41,450 bases of DNA from an uncultured Gemmatimonadota bacterium (GTDB lineage Bacteria; GCA-2686955). The DNA lies in assembly GCA_964490075.1 (NCBI GenBank), contig CAZBBK010000053.1, positions 1 to 41,450 on the forward strand, in the 5' to 3' direction. The position numbers were made by a program, and so were the translations under genes. The notes under the pieces were generated by a model. The model was not told the origin of the DNA. It worked only from the letters and a program-made list of their open reading frames with translations, and ran no database searches. Of this stretch, positions 38,523-41,450 are shown one piece after another (the first letter of the stretch is position 1; every line of letters begins with the position of its first letter).

Positions 38523-40985
38523 TCAGCTCCGCGCCCAGAAGCCCCGCAGCTCCGCGCGGGGATCGTCGCGGATCACTGCTTCCCGCAACCACGCCCGGGG
38601 CATCGCCTCCTGGTAGCGCTCCTCCACGAAGCGCTCCCCCAAGAGCACGACGATGCCGCGGTCCTCGACCGAGCGGATGACCCGGCCCGCCGCCTGCACC
38701 ACGCGCTGCATCCCGGGGTAGAGCATCGCGCGCTCGAAGCCCTCGTCTCCTCGCTCGTCGAAGTAGGCGGCCATCTGCTCCCGCTCGAAACCGACCGGCG
38801 GCAGCGCGGGCCCGACGACGATGGCTCCGATCAATGCCTCGCCGGGCAGGTCGATCCCTTCGGCGAAGATCCCCCCCAACACCGCCAGCACCAGCAGCGG
38901 GCCGTCCCCGCGGCGCAGGGTCGCCAGTAGCTCTTCCTGCAAAGCGCGCTCCATGCCCGCCTGTTGCACCACCAGGCGTTCGTTGCCCGCCGCGATCCGT
39001 GGCCGCACCATCTCCAGGTAGTCGTAGCTGGGGAAATAGGCGACATAGTTGCCCGGTCGTATGTCGACGATTCCGCGGATCAGCCCGGCCACCCTGCCCG
39101 CGCTCCGTCGCCGCTGTCGGTAGCGCGTGCTCAGCGCCGGTACGATCATCAGCAGTCTGCGGCATTCCGGAAATGGTGATGGCAGCTCGATCTCCAGCGG
39201 CCGCAGCCGATCGAGTCCGAGCAACTCACCGAAGTACTCCGTGGGAGCCAGCGTCGCGCTCATCGCCACGACTCCCGACAGGCCGCTGTTGCAGGCCTCG
39301 AGACCGGCGCGCGCCGAGACGCAAAGCACGCCCAGTCCCGGCTCTTGCTCGCCATCGCGCAACGCCGCGAAGGGCACCAGCCCGGGATCGCTGTCCGACT
39401 CGATGAGTCGTTCGGAGAGGCGTGTGATTTCGATCAGCCGTGCGCGCAGCGGATCCGCATGCGGATCGAGATCCAGCCGTCGACAGGCCAGCGCATGGCG
39501 CACCTGCAGCCGTTCGGCTCGTCGCAGCAGCGCCCGCCAGCGCGCGCCCTCGGGCTCGAACGTCGTCCGCCCTTCCACCAACCGCTCGGCGAGCGTCGCG
39601 GCGTCGTCGAGCGCCGACTTGATCTCCCGCGCGAGGGTGTCGATCAGCTCGACCAGGTCGTCGCGCAGGGTCGGATCGCCTGGGAAGTAGCCGCAGTCGG
39701 CGGCGGAGAGATCGTCCAGAGCGAGAAAGAGCGAGTGGTAGTCGCGCGCTCGATCGGGAAGGCCGTGCGCCTCGTCGATGATCACCACCGCATCACGAAC
39801 CCGCGCCGGGGGATCGAAAAAACGTCGCAGGCGGACGGCCGGGTCGTAGACGTAGTTGTGGTCGCAAATCACCAGGTCGACCCGCTCCGCGGCGGACAGC
39901 GACAGCTCAAAGGGGCACAGCCGCGTTTCCCGCGCCACATCGCTCACCAGCTCCGGTTCGATGGTCGTGGCGCCGCGCAACAGATCGTCCAACGCTTTGG
40001 ATTGCTCCATCCGGATCGCGAAGTCCCTCAGCAAGGAGCAGGCTTCTGGGTGGCAACGCATCTCCTCGAGGGGACAGATGCGTTCCTTGGCGCGCACTAT
40101 CAGCGCCCGCAGAAATCCGCCCTCATCTCCGGCCGTGGCGGCAATGCTCTCGAAGGTGTGCGCCACCGCACGCTGCTGCACGGTCCGCGACGTGAGGAAG
40201 AAGAGGATCGACCCCGGGCTTGCGAGCGAGTGGCGCAGCGCGGGCAGCAGGGCCGCGACGGTCTTGCCGATTCCGGTGGGTGCGCACGCCACCAGCGGAC
40301 GCCCGCCCGCGAGCGCGTCGGCGCTTCCTTCGATCAGGTCGGACTGGCCGGCCCGCGGGCGGTCATGGGGGAGCCGAAGCCGTGCGGAGAGCCGTCGCCG
40401 GCGTGCATCGCGCGCTGCATGCGCCCGGGCGCGGTCGATCGCCGCCAGCGCCAGAGCCGCGACCCTCTCCCTTACCCGGTCGGCCGCGAAGGGGATCTCG
40501 ATCGGGCGCCACAGCTGGTCGACCAGCGAAATCAGCACCAGCCGCAGCTCGACCTCGACCTCCGGCCGCTCTTCGGCGAGCGCCAATCCGTAGATCTGTA
40601 GCTGCAAGGTGGCCACCGTGAAGCGGTCCGCCCCGACCGCCTCCAGCTCCCGCTCGGTCAGCGCCACCGACTTCAGCTCCTCCAGCACCACGCGGCCGGC
40701 CCTTTCCCGCAGCGTGTCGATCCGGCCCCGCAGCCGCACCGAAAAGTCGTCGACCTCCAGGCGTAGCTCGATTGCTCGCTCCGCCGCGAATCCCTCGAGG
40801 GCGGCCGAGCGTTTCTGGTAGCGCCGGTGCGCGAGCCTTCCGAGCGCGGCTCGCAGCCGCGGCGGGAGCCCCAGATCTCCCGTCTCGCCCGGCTCCTCGT
40901 CCGGAACCGCTTTGGCGTTTGCCGACAGGCCGACCAGGTCGCGCACCGAGGCGCGGATCCAGCGTTGCTCGAGATCGATCTGCAT
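38523..40985 (-). CDS. Rad3/DinG-family Fe-S helicase with N-terminal PD-(D/E)XK nuclease domain
   Basis: GRID..EELKS..QLQIY nuclease motifs, APTGIGKT, four Fe-S cysteines, IIDEAH, EGIDLPG and QAAGRVIR. Confidence 0.9.
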   Translation of the reverse strand: MQIDLEQRWIRASVRDLVGLSANAKAVPDEEPGETGDLGLPPRLRAALGRLAHRRYQKRSAALEGFAAERAIELRLEVDDFSVRLRGRIDTLRERAGRVVLEELKSVALTERELEAVGADRFTVATLQLQIYGLALAEERPEVEVELRLVLISLVDQLWRPIEIPFAADRVRERVAALALAAIDRARAHAARDARRRRLSARLRLPHDRPRAGQSDLIEGSADALAGGRPLVACAPTGIGKTVAALLPALRHSLASPGSILFFLTSRTVQQRAVAHTFESIAATAGDEGGFLRALIVRAKERICPLEEMRCHPEACSLLRDFAIRMEQSKALDDLLRGATTIEPELVSDVARETRLCPFELSLSAAERVDLVICDHNYVYDPAVRLRRFFDPPARVRDAVVIIDEAHGLPDRARDYHSLFLALDDLSAADCGYFPGDPTLRDDLVELIDTLAREIKSALDDAATLAERLVEGRTTFEPEGARWRALLRRAERLQVRHALACRRLDLDPHADPLRARLIEITRLSERLIESDSDPGLVPFAALRDGEQEPGLGVLCVSARAGLEACNSGLSGVVAMSATLAPTEYFGELLGLDRLRPLEIELPSPFPECRRLLMIVPALSTRYRQRRRSAGRVAGLIRGIVDIRPGNYVAYFPSYDYLEMVRPRIAAGNERLVVQQAGMERALQEELLATLRRGDGPLLVLAVLGGIFAEGIDLPGEALIGAIVVGPALPPVGFEREQMAAYFDERGDEGFERAMLYPGMQRVVQAAGRVIRSVEDRGIVVLLGERFVEERYQEAMPRAWLREAVIRDDPRAELRGFWARS

Positions 40986-41109
40986 GGGGATTGGGGCTCT
41001 TGCGTAGGGAGTGCACGGGCCGGCCCGGTTCCTCGATTCTATTGCCCCGGGGCGATCGGGGCGTCATGATCGGAGCTCGCCCGTCCCCGCAGGCTGAGAG
41101 ATCCCACCC

Positions 41110-41386
41110 GTGCCACGCAACGTAGAGATCAAGGCCCGCTGCCGAGACTTCTCGCGACAGGCAGCGCTGGCGGCCGATCTGGCCGATGGGCCCTCCCTCG
41201 TCCTCCAGCAGCAGGACACCTTCTTCCGTGTCGCCCGCGGACGCTTGAAGTTGCGTCGCCTCGGCGACGGCCGCGCCGAGCTGATCCAGTACCAGCGCCC
41301 CGATCGCCCCGGCCCCAGCGAATCGCGCTACCTGCGCGTCCCGATCTCCGACCCCGAGGCGCTGGAGGCCGCCCTTGGGGTTCGCG
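41110..41386 (+). pseudogene. CYTH / class IV adenylate cyclase-like gene, apparently truncated (absent from the ORF track)
   Basis: GTG start gives MPRNVEIKAR..QQDTFF...GRLKLR...ELIQY.RPD. Family-like sequence stops after ALGVR. Confidence 0.75.
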
Positions 41387-41450
41387 CAAGAATAGCTTCA
41401 GACCTCCTGATTCCACGGAATCTAACAAGACCCCAGTTCGTAGACCAGGC

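Noticed and set aside
1-41450. CRISPR array, tRNA/rRNA, DGR or transposase
   Set aside because: No spaced direct repeats, cloverleaf, reverse transcriptase or DDE motifs were seen. Differences between paralogs are not adenine-specific.

Overview
GC-rich bacterial window (about 70% GC by eye) with two kinds of content. The first is a mosaic accessory region of secreted or surface protein genes: two paralogous di-haem CxxCH proteins, two paralogous LVIVD-repeat proteins, a Tat-exported flavin amine oxidase, an M64-type metallopeptidase interrupted by one in-frame TAG, an S8 protease, and broken Kelch, LVIVD-like and beta-helix genes. This region also holds a class-V-like PLP enzyme coupled to a fold-III decarboxylase next to an asparagine-synthetase-like gene, and a class GN-type sortase with its VIT-VWA target under a likely sigma54 promoter. 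The second is a set of intact housekeeping-type genes: yceI, ychF, an MBL hydrolase, xth, a gamma carbonic anhydrase, a START-like protein, an Opp/Dpp ABC operon and a nuclease-DinG helicase; a truncated CYTH gene follows them at the window end. The most notable non-coding signals are two long imperfect hairpins (13638-13729 and 29322-29501) whose arm differences become G-U wobbles on the transcribed strand, and several orphan gene heads (promoter and/or RBS plus a short N-terminus) fused at rearrangement junctions. One such head probably belongs to a beta-helix gene split by a 2.9 kb block of duplicated genes. No rRNA, tRNA, CRISPR array, transposase or integrase was recognised. All calls come from reading motifs by eye; no searches were run.
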